Source of the DNA: Telmatocola sphagniphila
Lineage (GTDB): Bacteria > Planctomycetota > Planctomycetia > Gemmatales > Gemmataceae
Assembly: GCF_018398935.1 (NCBI RefSeq)
Contig: NZ_CP074694.1
Span: forward strand, 5,940,001 to 5,972,000
DNA: 32,000 bases
Direction of reading: 5' to 3'
Positions within the stretch are counted from its first letter, which is position 1. Each line of letters opens with the position of its first letter. Shown here piece after piece: positions 15,908 to 26,344 of the stretch. The notes beneath the pieces are model-generated. The model made no database searches. It saw only the letters and a list, made by a program, of their open reading frames with translations, and had not been told where the DNA came from. Made by a program: the position numbers and the translations under genes.

Positions 15908-17209
15908 TTACGCCCACTGCCGGGACGGCCGGGAGCGGAGCAGATTCGCTTCCTCATCGTTCACGAATTCTTCCTTCACTGGATCGATCTTCAATTTCCG
16001 CTTCAAGATCCAGGCGATGGCCGCGGCATGGCAAGCGATGTGCGATCTTCGCATGACATCCGGGTTAGCGGCGGTCGGTTTACGAGAGCGAATGCAATCG
16101 AAGAAGTTTCGCGAATGGGCGAAGACATCGAGGCCTACCGCTCGCTTGGACGCATCCGGGATCTCTTTCTGTAGCGATTCCGGTTTTACGACGATTTCAC
16201 CCGAATCGCCCGTTTCCACCGAACCGGCGTCCCCTTCGAACCGAACCGGGCAGGTGCCCAGCCGGGTGATATAGTGCGGGGCGCGTTCCTTGAAAGGTTC
16301 TTTGAGGAAATCGATCACCAGTTTCACGCCGTTGGCGTAGTGGCAGATGATGTTCGTTTCGGAAGGTTCATACTCAATCGGCATCGTGTCGTCGGCCTGA
16401 TTGGCCCACTGGCAGAGATCGATGGTGTGGGCTCCCCAATCGAGCAGTCGGGCCCCGGAGTCGAAGTCCCACTGGCCGCGCCATTTGCCGTCGCAGTACT
16501 GCTGATTGAAAGGTCGCCAGGCCGCCGGGCCTAGCCAGAGATTCCAATCGACGATCTTTTTGGCGGGGGTTGGCTGTGCGGGCAGCCAGTTGTTTTCGAG
16601 TGTGGGATAGTAGACCGAGGCGTGCATGGTGTGCAACTTGCCGATCTTCCCGGCGTGTACCAACTCCACGGCCTTCTGGAAATTGGGAACGCTACGACGC
16701 TGCGTGCCGGCCTGGAAAACTCGCTTCTCGCGGTGCATGGTCTCGGAAAGTTCCTGGCAGGCGGCGATGGTAATGCCACAGGGCTTTTCGCTGTAGACAT
16801 CCTTGCCCGCCTTGGCGGCGAGAATGGAAGCAGCCGAGTGCCAGCGGTCGCCGGTAGCGATCAGCACGGCGTCAATATCCTTACGGCCGAGCAACTCGCG
16901 GAAGTCGTGATAGAGAATGCAATCCTGGTTGTTGTAGTATTGGTCGATTGTCTTCTTGCCGGATTCGCGTCGGCTGGCCTGCACTTCACAGAGGGCCACG
17001 CAGCGAACATCGGGCTGTTTGAGCATTGAGGGGAGCACGTAACTGCAACGCGGGCCGAAGCCAATGACGCCGAAAGTGATTTTCTCGTTCGCGGCCGTTT
17101 TGCCTTCGCGGCCGAGCACGCTGGCGGGTACGAATAGGGGAGCAGTCAACGCCACGGCGGCCGAGCGGCCGAGGAGTTCTCGCCGGGTGAGATTGGGTGT
17201 GGAGTTCAT
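15908..17209 (-). CDS. Gfo/Idh/MocA-family oxidoreductase with a twin-arginine (Tat) signal
   Basis: N-terminal LTRRELLGRSAAVALTAP and a Rossmann motif ITFGVIGFGPR. The length and C-terminal alpha/beta domain are typical of planctomycete Gfo/Idh/MocA proteins. Confidence 0.85.
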   Translation of the reverse strand: MNSTPNLTRRELLGRSAAVALTAPLFVPASVLGREGKTAANEKITFGVIGFGPRCSYVLPSMLKQPDVRCVALCEVQASRRESGKKTIDQYYNNQDCILYHDFRELLGRKDIDAVLIATGDRWHSAASILAAKAGKDVYSEKPCGITIAACQELSETMHREKRVFQAGTQRRSVPNFQKAVELVHAGKIGKLHTMHASVYYPTLENNWLPAQPTPAKKIVDWNLWLGPAAWRPFNQQYCDGKWRGQWDFDSGARLLDWGAHTIDLCQWANQADDTMPIEYEPSETNIICHYANGVKLVIDFLKEPFKERAPHYITRLGTCPVRFEGDAGSVETGDSGEIVVKPESLQKEIPDASKRAVGLDVFAHSRNFFDCIRSRKPTAANPDVMRRSHIACHAAAIAWILKRKLKIDPVKEEFVNDEEANLLRSRPSRQWA

Positions 17210-17440
17210 GATCGAATCCTCTAGGAGAGTTAGGGGTAACTGGTGTTACAGTCTGCGGATCATTGACAAGGCCGCTTGTCGGCGGGTGAGGATGTTTTAG
17301 GGAAAAGGGAAGTAATGGGACAATTGCCTCGAATGAGTGCTCAACTGAGAGAGTGTCTATACTCAGTTAGCCAGACACCAATCAAGATTCGTCAAATTGA
17401 ACAGAAAAAGATTGAGTGAGAAACGCACCTGTAGCATGGG

Positions 17441-18502
17441 TCAGAGGCTTTCGCCGAGAGCGGTCGAATTTTCTGCCAACAATTCGGCCCGGCGGCTTTC
17501 GAGCTTGGCGATACGATTTTTAAAATTTCCGGCTAATCGTAAAGCCCAAAAGAAGGCTTGTACAAAACACCCAGTTATGATGACTGAGAATCCGAAAATA
17601 AGAAGCCAACGATCAATATTCCAGCGTATAGGGTTTTGCTCCCACCTGATCAGGATTGGAATTCCCAGAAAGGACCATGCGATATGCCGATTAGAGCGGC
17701 AGTCTTTCTCATCCTTTTTGATTTTGTTCAAGAGATAATCGACTTCCGCAAGGCTCTTCTGTTCTTCAATTCCAATAATGAACCATTTCGCTACAGGGAC
17801 ATAAGATTTAAGTAGTTGCACGAATTGTTCAGGATTTGAGCAGGAATCGTACCGAAAAGCCAGTGGATTCAGACGAGATTTGAACGCGATTCGAATTCTG
17901 ACAAAATCTCGTCTCGAATGATCGAAACGTTGACATTCTATCTGAGTTATCTCGCTCCAGGGGATCAGGAGAGGTTTTTGTATCCATCGGCGATGCAGTA
18001 TTCCTTGCTCATCAAATCGGGTTCGAAGTGCATTCGCTTCGTAAATCTCAATAAATTCCGCCTTCGGCACTTCACTTATCTGCCATAAAGAATCGATTCG
18101 TTTAATCAGAGGGATTCGTTCTTCCTCGGCTAGGAATTCCAGGTTTAATCTTCGAAATCCCAATGGTCGAGATGGGTCGAGAAAATCCGAATTACTTGGA
18201 CGCTTTAAAGTTCCACTAGCGAATAAGTCCCAGGGCCAAAAATCCCACTGCAGCCAACGGCGACGACGAATGCCGCCAATTTCAATTTGAATCCGAGATG
18301 TTTGGACGAGAATATTCAAGCAAATGATGGGAAGTACAAAGAAGATCAATCCAACAAAATCCTTCCATTTTTGTCCCACACCAACGAGGTTCAACCAGGC
18401 AATGATGCCGATCGTTATCCCAGCACCAAAATCCGCATAATAAACTACCCTCCGCCATTCGGCAGCGGGGCGCAATTCGATAGTCTGTAGGTCTTCGTGC
18501 AT
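17441..18502 (-). CDS. Hypothetical membrane protein (TM pairs at both ends, Trp/Arg-rich soluble middle)
   Basis: 353-aa ORF, visibly more AT-rich than its neighbours. No motif recognised. Confidence 0.65.
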   Translation of the reverse strand: MHEDLQTIELRPAAEWRRVVYYADFGAGITIGIIAWLNLVGVGQKWKDFVGLIFFVLPIICLNILVQTSRIQIEIGGIRRRRWLQWDFWPWDLFASGTLKRPSNSDFLDPSRPLGFRRLNLEFLAEEERIPLIKRIDSLWQISEVPKAEFIEIYEANALRTRFDEQGILHRRWIQKPLLIPWSEITQIECQRFDHSRRDFVRIRIAFKSRLNPLAFRYDSCSNPEQFVQLLKSYVPVAKWFIIGIEEQKSLAEVDYLLNKIKKDEKDCRSNRHIAWSFLGIPILIRWEQNPIRWNIDRWLLIFGFSVIITGCFVQAFFWALRLAGNFKNRIAKLESRRAELLAENSTALGESL

Positions 18503-18594
18503 GCTGAACGATTAAGTTCCGGGCTGAATATTTTCTGTCCGATACCAACGGCGATTGGACTTTGATGATGTTTTAGGGAATGAGGGCAGCTACT

Positions 18595-19380
18595 CTAGAA
18601 TTTGGGAGCCTTCTTCCTCTGATCATATCTCACATACTTCCAGCTCGATTTTTTGAACACTTCATCGATCAGTTGAAAGATTCTTGGATCGTACTTGGCC
18701 AGCTTGTCGCGAGTATTGATATCGTTGTGATCGTGGTTATTCGAAGCGTTGCAATCGAAATAGGACTGCACCGTTTCTGCCCAGTATTCCTTGTGATTCG
18801 TCGCAGCATAGGTTTTCTTCCACAAGCCCTCCTCCAAGGCCGATTTGTAAATTCCCTTCAATTTATCGTCGAATTTGGGATCGATATAGTTCAAGCCCAT
18901 CTCATGAATCACATGAGCGAATTCGTGCACGAGGATATTTTCGCCGTTGTAGCGGTCGCCCTTGAGGTTCAGCAGATTTTCTTCCCCGCAACTGACGGCC
19001 GGGCGGTGCAGCGTGGCCCCCAGTCCGCGTGCTCTTTTATCCCAGTAATCCTTGGGCGTTAAGTCGCTATGCTCCGGGATATCGGTGGTCTGCTCCTGGG
19101 GGGACATCACGGCCAGTCGAATCTTATTTTTGACGATGGCCTTGCGGATATCCGGCCGATCTTTCAGCATCTGATTCACGATATACTCAGCCTCTCGAAG
19201 CCCGGCGTCCGAGACATGTTCCGAACTGAGAATCGGCAGGCCGTGGCTATCGAGGTATTTCTTATAGAAGGGCGAGAGCTTCCACTCCTTGACGACTTCG
19301 GCCGGGGGCGGACCTATTTTTGATGGGGAATCTTCCAGATACGCGAAACTCCAGCTAACGAGAGATAGCGCCAAAAACAT
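18595..19380 (-). CDS. Secreted putative zinc metallopeptidase (HEXXH)
   Basis: Signal peptide MFLALSLVSWSFA and the motif VHEFAHVIHE. The family is not assignable by eye. Confidence 0.7.
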   Translation of the reverse strand: MFLALSLVSWSFAYLEDSPSKIGPPPAEVVKEWKLSPFYKKYLDSHGLPILSSEHVSDAGLREAEYIVNQMLKDRPDIRKAIVKNKIRLAVMSPQEQTTDIPEHSDLTPKDYWDKRARGLGATLHRPAVSCGEENLLNLKGDRYNGENILVHEFAHVIHEMGLNYIDPKFDDKLKGIYKSALEEGLWKKTYAATNHKEYWAETVQSYFDCNASNNHDHNDINTRDKLAKYDPRIFQLIDEVFKKSSWKYVRYDQRKKAPKF

Positions 19381-19392
19381 TAGACATCATCC

Positions 19393-20784
19393 TTACTGTT
19401 TGGGGAGGGTTCGGGCGGGGCGGATACCGGTGCCGGTCGTCTTGGTGAGGGTGTCGCCGAGATCTTCACGCATCGTCTGGGCGAGTTTTTCCAGCCGTTC
19501 GACAATTTCGGGATGCTCCTTCAGAAGATCTTTCGACTCGGCGGGATCCTGCTTCAAATTATAAAGCGATTTGAGCAACTTGGCGGAGCCTTGCTTGGCC
19601 GGTTTGCCCTCGGCGGGGACCTCGCCTTCTACCGTCCGATAGGTATGTTCGAAATGCAGCTTCCAGTCGCCACTGCGAATCGCCTGGAGTTCCTGCCCCC
19701 AGTAGAAGTAGTAGGCTTCCTGCGGGGATTTCGCATCGGAAGTGCAGAGAGCGGAAATATCCTTGCCATCAATTTTCAGCTTGGGAAGCTCGGCCCCGCA
19801 CCACTTAGCGAGTGTCGGCAGAATGTCGATGGTCATGGCCGGTTCCCGACAGATGCTATTCGCGGGGATCTTGCCCGGCCAGCGGATCAAAAACGGTTCG
19901 CGAATGCCTCCTTCGAAACTGGTTCCTTTGCCTTCACGCAGTCCTCCCGAGCTACCGCCGTGGTTGCCGTAGGTGAGCCAGGGGCCGTTGTCGGAGGAGA
20001 AGATCAAAATCGTGTTCTCTTCCAGATTGTCCCTCTTCAGTGCGTTCATGATCTCGCCCACTGACCAATCGAGTTCCATCACCACATCGCCGTAGAGGCC
20101 AGCTTTCGATTTCCCTTTGAATTTCTCCGAGACGTGCAGCGGCACATGCGGCATGCTGTGCGGCAGGTAAAGGAAGAACGGCTTCTCCTTGTTTTTCTCG
20201 ATGAACTTGATGGCCCGCTCGGTGTACAGAGTCGTCAATTTGGTTTGATCGGGCATCAGCTGAATCGTTTTGGTGCCCTCGATCAGTGGCAGCGGCGGAT
20301 ATTTGCCGGTGGGATGATTGGGCCACATATCGTTGGAATAGGGCAGCCCCAGATATTCATCGAAGCCGCGATGCGTTGGTAGAAAGGGCTCTTCACAGCC
20401 CAGGTGCCATTTACCGAAGATGGCGGTTGCGTAGCCGCGAGATTTCAGCATCGAAGCAATCGTCGTCTCGCGTTCGTGCAAGCCGATGCGGTTGTTGGGA
20501 CCGAGAGCGCCGAGGATGCCGACGCGGTTGGAATAGCAACCCGTCAGGAGCGCGGCCCGGGAAGCGCTACAAACTGCCTGAGAGACATAGAAGTCGGTGA
20601 ACTTGCGACCTTCTTTAGCCATTCGATCTAGGTTCGGTGTCGGAATGACTTTGTTGCCATAAGGGCCGATGTCACCATAGCCCATGTCATCGACGAAAAT
20701 GAAAACGACATTGGGCGGGCGCTCGGCCGCGTAACCGAGACTCGAGAAAAAACAGAGAGTGAGGAGTACGGAGAGAAATTTCAT
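19393..20784 (-). CDS. Sulfatase (arylsulfatase A family, formylglycine-dependent)
   Basis: Signal peptide, FIFVDDMGYGDIG, the formylglycine motif CSASRAALLTG, and GKWHLG. Confidence 0.92.
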   Translation of the reverse strand: MKFLSVLLTLCFFSSLGYAAERPPNVVFIFVDDMGYGDIGPYGNKVIPTPNLDRMAKEGRKFTDFYVSQAVCSASRAALLTGCYSNRVGILGALGPNNRIGLHERETTIASMLKSRGYATAIFGKWHLGCEEPFLPTHRGFDEYLGLPYSNDMWPNHPTGKYPPLPLIEGTKTIQLMPDQTKLTTLYTERAIKFIEKNKEKPFFLYLPHSMPHVPLHVSEKFKGKSKAGLYGDVVMELDWSVGEIMNALKRDNLEENTILIFSSDNGPWLTYGNHGGSSGGLREGKGTSFEGGIREPFLIRWPGKIPANSICREPAMTIDILPTLAKWCGAELPKLKIDGKDISALCTSDAKSPQEAYYFYWGQELQAIRSGDWKLHFEHTYRTVEGEVPAEGKPAKQGSAKLLKSLYNLKQDPAESKDLLKEHPEIVERLEKLAQTMREDLGDTLTKTTGTGIRPARTLPKQ

Positions 20785-20851
20785 TGTGCTGGCCTCAGGC
20801 GGTATCCGATGGGCTGAAAGCTAACTTATTCGAAGCCGGGAGACGAGCAAA

Positions 20852-21610
20852 TTATTCGGAAAGGAACCGGCAGGCTTCCTGGCCAATCTCTGCCTTAAAC
20901 TGCGTTAAGCGATGATCGCCGTTTTTGAAAACGCGCAGCTGCAGGTGAGGGTAGGGGCAGCTGTTCAGGAAATCCCAGGAATCGCTGACGGGAACAACGT
21001 CATCAGCCAAGCCGTGCAGGATCAGCATCGGTTTCTGCCAGCGGAAGGCCAGGGCGGTAGGCGAGAACGCGTAACGTTCTTCGGCAAAAGCATACTTCAG
21101 TTCCGCGTCCACCCATTGTCCGGTGAAAAGGTGCGAACCCTGATTTTTCCAGTCTTCCTGTTGTTCGGGAGTCAACGATTCCCAGCGGCGTTGAAGGAAG
21201 CGGAAGGCGGGAGCTAGCAGCACGCAGCGGGTCACTTCGCCGGCTTGCAGACCGAACCAGGCGGAGGCCCAACCTCCCATGCTGCTGCCGACCAGACCCA
21301 GCCTTCGGATACCCCGTCCCATGAGATAGTGCCGGATGGCAGCCAAGTCTTCCAGTAGCCGGCTGCCGGTCAGATCGCTGAGTGAACCATCCGACTGGCC
21401 GTGACCCCGGAAATCGAATGCGGAGAAGCAGAGGCCGCGCTCCGCACAGGCGTCTTCGAGAGCCTGACTTTTTTCGCCGCCTCGGAAGCTTCCCAGGCCA
21501 TGTACGTAGACGATGGCCATCCCGGAGGGAGAACCGTTGTAGGAAATGTCGCCCCGGAGGGTTTCACCCGAGGCAAGAGAAACGGAATAGCTTTCCCGAC
21601 TGCGTTTCAT
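20852..21610 (-). CDS. Alpha/beta-fold hydrolase
   Basis: Nucleophile elbow GSSMGG, HGLG oxyanion region, and a C-terminal GDH. 252 aa. Confidence 0.8.
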   Translation of the reverse strand: MKRSRESYSVSLASGETLRGDISYNGSPSGMAIVYVHGLGSFRGGEKSQALEDACAERGLCFSAFDFRGHGQSDGSLSDLTGSRLLEDLAAIRHYLMGRGIRRLGLVGSSMGGWASAWFGLQAGEVTRCVLLAPAFRFLQRRWESLTPEQQEDWKNQGSHLFTGQWVDAELKYAFAEERYAFSPTALAFRWQKPMLILHGLADDVVPVSDSWDFLNSCPYPHLQLRVFKNGDHRLTQFKAEIGQEACRFLSE

Positions 21611-21632
21611 TTCCTCATTGTAGCAGGGTCGA

Positions 21633-22049
21633 TCAGGCCTGTTTCAAAGGATGTCGGAAAGACCAGGTGTGACCGAACGGATCGACGATCTGGCCGTAGC
21701 GATCGCCCCAGAACATATCGGTAGCGGGCATGGTCACGGTGGCCCCGGCCTCCGCCGCTTGAGCAATCGCTTCATCGACATTGGGGACATCCAGATGCAT
21801 GTTAAAGGAGGTTGGGCCGTTGGGTGCGCGGGAGACACCGCCGCACTGTTCGGGGAAATCGTCGCAGAGATAGAACTTGAGATTGCCGATTCGCAAATCG
21901 GCATGCATCAGCTTTTCCGAGCCGGGTACAGGAACGACGGACGCCGCGGTCGCTCCAAAGGCTTTGCCGTAAAATTCGACGGCGGCTTTGCCCCCTTTGA
22001 CGACCAGATGCGGAACCAACTCGGTAGCCAGAATCATGATATCCCCCAA
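21633..22049 (-). CDS. VOC-family (glyoxalase/PhnB-like) protein
   Basis: LVPHLVVKGGKAAVEFYGKAFGA...DRYGQIVDPFGHTWSF, typical of PhnB-like VOC proteins. The start may be the Met at 22037. Confidence 0.8.
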   Translation of the reverse strand: MGDIMILATELVPHLVVKGGKAAVEFYGKAFGATAASVVPVPGSEKLMHADLRIGNLKFYLCDDFPEQCGGVSRAPNGPTSFNMHLDVPNVDEAIAQAAEAGATVTMPATDMFWGDRYGQIVDPFGHTWSFRHPLKQA

Positions 22050-22262
22050 GGAAAGAGTGTAAAATAGTGTTCACATGAACATTATTCGGGTAATAATGCC
22101 GAATCGCTTTCTGAATTGCAAGCGCGGTTTCCGGGGTAAGTCATTTATCATTTACCTGGGAAGGCAGAATCGGACTTTTTGTTGAAACTGTAATGTCACA
22201 AATGGATGGATTCGCTTTATAGAAGGGGGGAGACGCCTACTTTTTTAGTTGAAAGGTCTGCC

Positions 22263-23249
22263 ATGTCCACCTCTCCGCCGGTAATAGCGATGCAAGCGAA
22301 ATTCTATTTTTGGGCCCGGCTCTTCTGCCGTCTGTTCTTGATGGTTTTTCTATTCGCTTATGCCGCCGCCAAGTTTGTCGGCGCTCAGTTTGTCACGACT
22401 GGAACGACTCTGGATATTCCGGCGGGGGAGTTGAGCGGGATCGAATTGACCTGGATCTATTTTGGCTACTCCACGTTGATGAGTAGTTTCGTTCTCGGAG
22501 GGCAGGCTACGGCGGCCGTCCTATTAGGTTACGCGCGAACCGCACGTCTGGGGGCGCTCATCTTACTTCCGATTATCAGCAATATCGTGGTTATCAATTT
22601 TGCGTTTAACATCGGCACCGATACGAAGATATTTTCCATTATCCTTTTATTGATGGATCTGTTTCTCCTGGCAGGGGATTGGTCTCTTTGGAAGCGAATC
22701 TTCTGGGAAGAAATTCCATCCGAACCCGCTCAACCCGCGATACTGGGAAATCCAACGATCAAAAAGTTCAAGGTCTTCCTGGTGCCGTTGTGTGCCGTGA
22801 TGATCTATGCCTTGATCTGTTATGCTCAGAGCAACAATGCCCCGCGCACTCCTCTGACGGGGGATTGGAAGTTGACCTCGGCCACCGTGAATGGAAAGGA
22901 TTCCAAGGATGCGTCGTTGGGATCGGGTTGGTGGAAGATCAGCTTTGAAGCTTTCGGTCGCTTCGGTGCGCGTATTCCCGAAGGGTACCTTTCAGGTCGA
23001 TATAGTGTGGAGCCGTCGACGAATTCCTTGCATTTGAAATATGATCCCACGCGCACCCCTACCCGCTGGGAACAGCCTTCCGATGCTCAACTCCGTCAAC
23101 TCTATGCGGATCAGCTGGCCGACTATCGCTGGCCGGTTGATGTCACCTGTACCTATCGTTTGGAAAATGATCGATTGATAATTACGGGAAGCCGGGGCGA
23201 GGATAAGTTCGAATGGGTGCTGGTGCCGTTCGTCCGATCCAGGCAATAA
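22263..23249 (+). CDS. Membrane protein: N-terminal 4-TM (DoxX-like?) region plus a C-terminal lipocalin-like soluble domain
   Basis: The ORF track starts at 22206, and the ATG at 22263 (MSTSPPV) precedes the first TM. The C-terminal LTGDWKLTSATVNGKD pattern resembles lipocalin-like domains. Confidence 0.65.
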   Translation: MSTSPPVIAMQAKFYFWARLFCRLFLMVFLFAYAAAKFVGAQFVTTGTTLDIPAGELSGIELTWIYFGYSTLMSSFVLGGQATAAVLLGYARTARLGALILLPIISNIVVINFAFNIGTDTKIFSIILLLMDLFLLAGDWSLWKRIFWEEIPSEPAQPAILGNPTIKKFKVFLVPLCAVMIYALICYAQSNNAPRTPLTGDWKLTSATVNGKDSKDASLGSGWWKISFEAFGRFGARIPEGYLSGRYSVEPSTNSLHLKYDPTRTPTRWEQPSDAQLRQLYADQLADYRWPVDVTCTYRLENDRLIITGSRGEDKFEWVLVPFVRSRQ

Positions 23250-23422
23250 ATCGGCCCAGGATCTTGCCTAAAAAAACTTGGTAAGTTTCGGCGCCTTCGC
23301 GGTTTCCGATAGGGCCAAAACTGCTTAATTTCCAACCAATTTTGCAACTTCGAAGTCAATAGCCCACTTCACCCAGTTCCCCTCGCCTAAATTTCGAGTT
23401 CCGGTTATACTTCGGAGCGATA

Positions 23423-26278
23423 ATGTTCGAACGGGAAGGATTCCCAATGTTTGAAAGCTCCACAGAACTTCGCGCGCTGCCTCAGACGACTTGGTGGCAT
23501 CGACTGAATTCCAATTTCCAGGGGGATCTGCTTTATTTCCTCTCGTACCCCCTGCTGCCCGTAATTCTTCTGATTGTACTGGGTCTGGTTTCGGGCTCGC
23601 TGGGGGAAGGGGTTGGTACCCGCTATCTGATCTTTCATGCCGATCCGGTCAAAGAACTCATCGTCGGCTTCTTCCTCGGTGTACTGGCCACGGAATGCCT
23701 GCTCATCGGTTTTCTGCTGCGACTCAAGCATCGCCAGACGACTTCCTTCCACACGCTGCCCAACTTTTACCTCTACTCCTTTAACATCCTGTTCGGTCTG
23801 GCGATCATTGGCGTCGGCCTATTTCTGTTAAACCAGCTGGCGATTCTGATCACCGGTGTGCCGCCCTTCCAGATCGATGCCATCTCCTCGCCCGACCCCG
23901 ATATTAACCGCCTGCCGCTGATGTTCGGCCTTGGAGTCGGTTACTGTCTTCAGGCGCTCACCATCTCGCTGGCGCCGTTCTTCGGCAAGTTCCTGGCCGA
24001 TGCTTTTTTGAATATGCTCGGCTACCTATTGAAAGTTCTGCGCAGTCCAGTGGGGAGTGTCTGCTGCGGGGGCTTGTTACTTGCCGCGGCAGGCACGACC
24101 TGCCTGACCCTGATGCAAGGACAATACGCCTATCTCGGCTGGATTCTCGCCGGCTTGATCATGGTGCTGTTAGCCTTTCCCGGAACCCGCCAGGAACTCG
24201 GGGAAACTCGGGATTTCTCCAAAATCCTGCTCTTTTTCGGCACCCTGGCTTTCGTCGGACTCACGTGGCTGTCGTCCCATTTCAGCTATCGGATGGCCGT
24301 GCCGGGCAGTTTCCTTTTGCTGACCCTGTTGACGGCGGCGCTCTATGGAGCTTTTCCAATCGCGTTTCAGGAGCACGTCAGCCGGATCGAGAAACGGATC
24401 CTGCGCGAGGTCACCGATGGCAAGGTATTCGAGGATGAGGAATCGGATCGAAACTACCTCTCCTACTACATAGCCGCCGCTTTGGTGGTACCGCTGTTCG
24501 GCATTATCTTCGTGGCCTTTTCGCTCACACCGGCCTGGACTTCACCCGTGCCGACCTTCTGTTACTTCATGTACATCGTGGTCTCCGGTTACGGCTTGCT
24601 TCGCTTCGTCTCTCGTCGCACGATCCCTATTGCCATGGCCGTATTGGGCATGCTGCTCGCTCTCGGGGGCGTGCCGGCATACAAACAGCGGTTCGACCAG
24701 AGCGAATCGCTTGGCTACTTCTATAAATCGGGTCGCATGCTCGATATTGCCGAGAGTCTGGAGGCCGATCACAAGAATCAGCAGATCGTCGATCAGTTGA
24801 TACGCAGCCATCACCCCGATCGGGCGAGACTCATTCGCGATCTCGATAATCAGCAGCTCATTGTACCGCTTCGCGACATGCGGCCGAACCACCCGATGTT
24901 GGGACTGGCCGATTTTCAGGATAGCGATGAGGAAACCCGTTTTCGCCGGTTATTGGCCGTGCAGGATGTTCAGTTCAATCCTCCCAACAGCGGGAAGAAG
25001 CGACCTCTGGTCTTGATCTGCATGTCGGGCGGCGGCTTGCGCGCGGCGGCCTGGACCTTTGCCATGCTGCATCAGTTGGAAGTCGAATTCGCGGCCCAGG
25101 GGATCGATTTCCCGGCCCATGTCCGCATTATTAGCGGCGCTTCGGGCGGCATGCTGGGAGCCGCCGCTTACGTTTCGTCGTTGCCGCCGCCGAATCAGCG
25201 CGCCGAGTGGCGTGAGCGGGATGAAGAATTAATCAACCAGTATCAGCAACTGACGGCCGACTGTTTAACGCCGCTGGTCAACCAGATGGTCTTCGGTGAT
25301 CTGCCCGCTCTGTTTTCCCCCTGGCCGCAGCACTATGATCGCGGCAAAGCCCTGGAACGAAGCTGGATCGACAACGGCCTGAAATCGCTGAACAAGACTT
25401 TCGGCGAGCTGCGACAGGGCGAAATTGAAGGCTGGCGACCCTCGCTGATATTTTCTCCCATGATGATTGAGGACGGCCGCCGGCTTCTGATCTCGAATCT
25501 CGACCTTCGCTATGTGGCCAGTAACGATGGCAGTCTGATTCAACCGGACAATCTTTCGGATCCCAATCGTCCGCCCAACGGTTTTGAGAATTATTCGAAG
25601 GAAGCGATGGAACTGTTCCGGATGTTTCCCTCGGCCAAGCGCGATTTCACGCTGGCCAGTGCCGTGCGAATGAGTGCGACGTTTCCGTTTTTCACCCCGG
25701 CGGTTTCTCTACCGACGCGGCCGCGCCGGAGAGTGGTCGATGCGGGCTATTACGACAATTATGGCGTTTCGATTGCGTCCGCCTGGCTGTTCAGCAACAA
25801 AAATAAAGCCTGGCTGGATAACAACGTTTCCAAGATCGTCATCATTCAAATTCGCGCCTGGCCGTCGGAGGAATCTCGAACTCTGAAACGGCTGGAACTG
25901 ACCGGCTCGTCTCCACTGTCGCGCTCGATCGAAGAGTTGATGTCCGTTCCCGAGGCCATGGACGGGGCGCGGGTTTCCTCGGCCTCCTTCCGCAATGATG
26001 GGCAGTTGGAACTGATGTCGGCCATTTACAGCGCCCGACGCGAAACCAAGGAATCGCACCGGGAACTGATGAAAAATGCTCCCGGGCCGATCATGGAAGT
26101 GCCCGCCTCGATTCAGTCGGAGTTCACGGTCGTGAATTTCGAGCCGCGCTCCGGAGGGGTACTGTCCTGGTATTTATCCGCCGATGAGATTGCGGAAATC
26201 AAGGCGGAAGCACGCAATCCGGACAATCTCGAACGCATCCGCAAGCTGATCGACTGGTGGGGAAAAGAGCCGAAGTGA
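23423..26278 (+). CDS. Patatin-like phospholipase fused to a large (~480-aa) polytopic membrane domain
   Basis: Oxyanion motif CMSGGGLRAAAW, nucleophile GASGG, and catalytic Asp in VVDAGYYDNYG. The N-terminal half has at least 10 hydrophobic segments. Confidence 0.88.
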   Translation: MFEREGFPMFESSTELRALPQTTWWHRLNSNFQGDLLYFLSYPLLPVILLIVLGLVSGSLGEGVGTRYLIFHADPVKELIVGFFLGVLATECLLIGFLLRLKHRQTTSFHTLPNFYLYSFNILFGLAIIGVGLFLLNQLAILITGVPPFQIDAISSPDPDINRLPLMFGLGVGYCLQALTISLAPFFGKFLADAFLNMLGYLLKVLRSPVGSVCCGGLLLAAAGTTCLTLMQGQYAYLGWILAGLIMVLLAFPGTRQELGETRDFSKILLFFGTLAFVGLTWLSSHFSYRMAVPGSFLLLTLLTAALYGAFPIAFQEHVSRIEKRILREVTDGKVFEDEESDRNYLSYYIAAALVVPLFGIIFVAFSLTPAWTSPVPTFCYFMYIVVSGYGLLRFVSRRTIPIAMAVLGMLLALGGVPAYKQRFDQSESLGYFYKSGRMLDIAESLEADHKNQQIVDQLIRSHHPDRARLIRDLDNQQLIVPLRDMRPNHPMLGLADFQDSDEETRFRRLLAVQDVQFNPPNSGKKRPLVLICMSGGGLRAAAWTFAMLHQLEVEFAAQGIDFPAHVRIISGASGGMLGAAAYVSSLPPPNQRAEWRERDEELINQYQQLTADCLTPLVNQMVFGDLPALFSPWPQHYDRGKALERSWIDNGLKSLNKTFGELRQGEIEGWRPSLIFSPMMIEDGRRLLISNLDLRYVASNDGSLIQPDNLSDPNRPPNGFENYSKEAMELFRMFPSAKRDFTLASAVRMSATFPFFTPAVSLPTRPRRRVVDAGYYDNYGVSIASAWLFSNKNKAWLDNNVSKIVIIQIRAWPSEESRTLKRLELTGSSPLSRSIEELMSVPEAMDGARVSSASFRNDGQLELMSAIYSARRETKESHRELMKNAPGPIMEVPASIQSEFTVVNFEPRSGGVLSWYLSADEIAEIKAEARNPDNLERIRKLIDWWGKEPK

Positions 26279-26344
26279 AATAAAGGGTTGTATCTATCCG
26301 CGGAGTGGTGAAAATAAAATTATTATCCTCATCGGAGAAACAGC

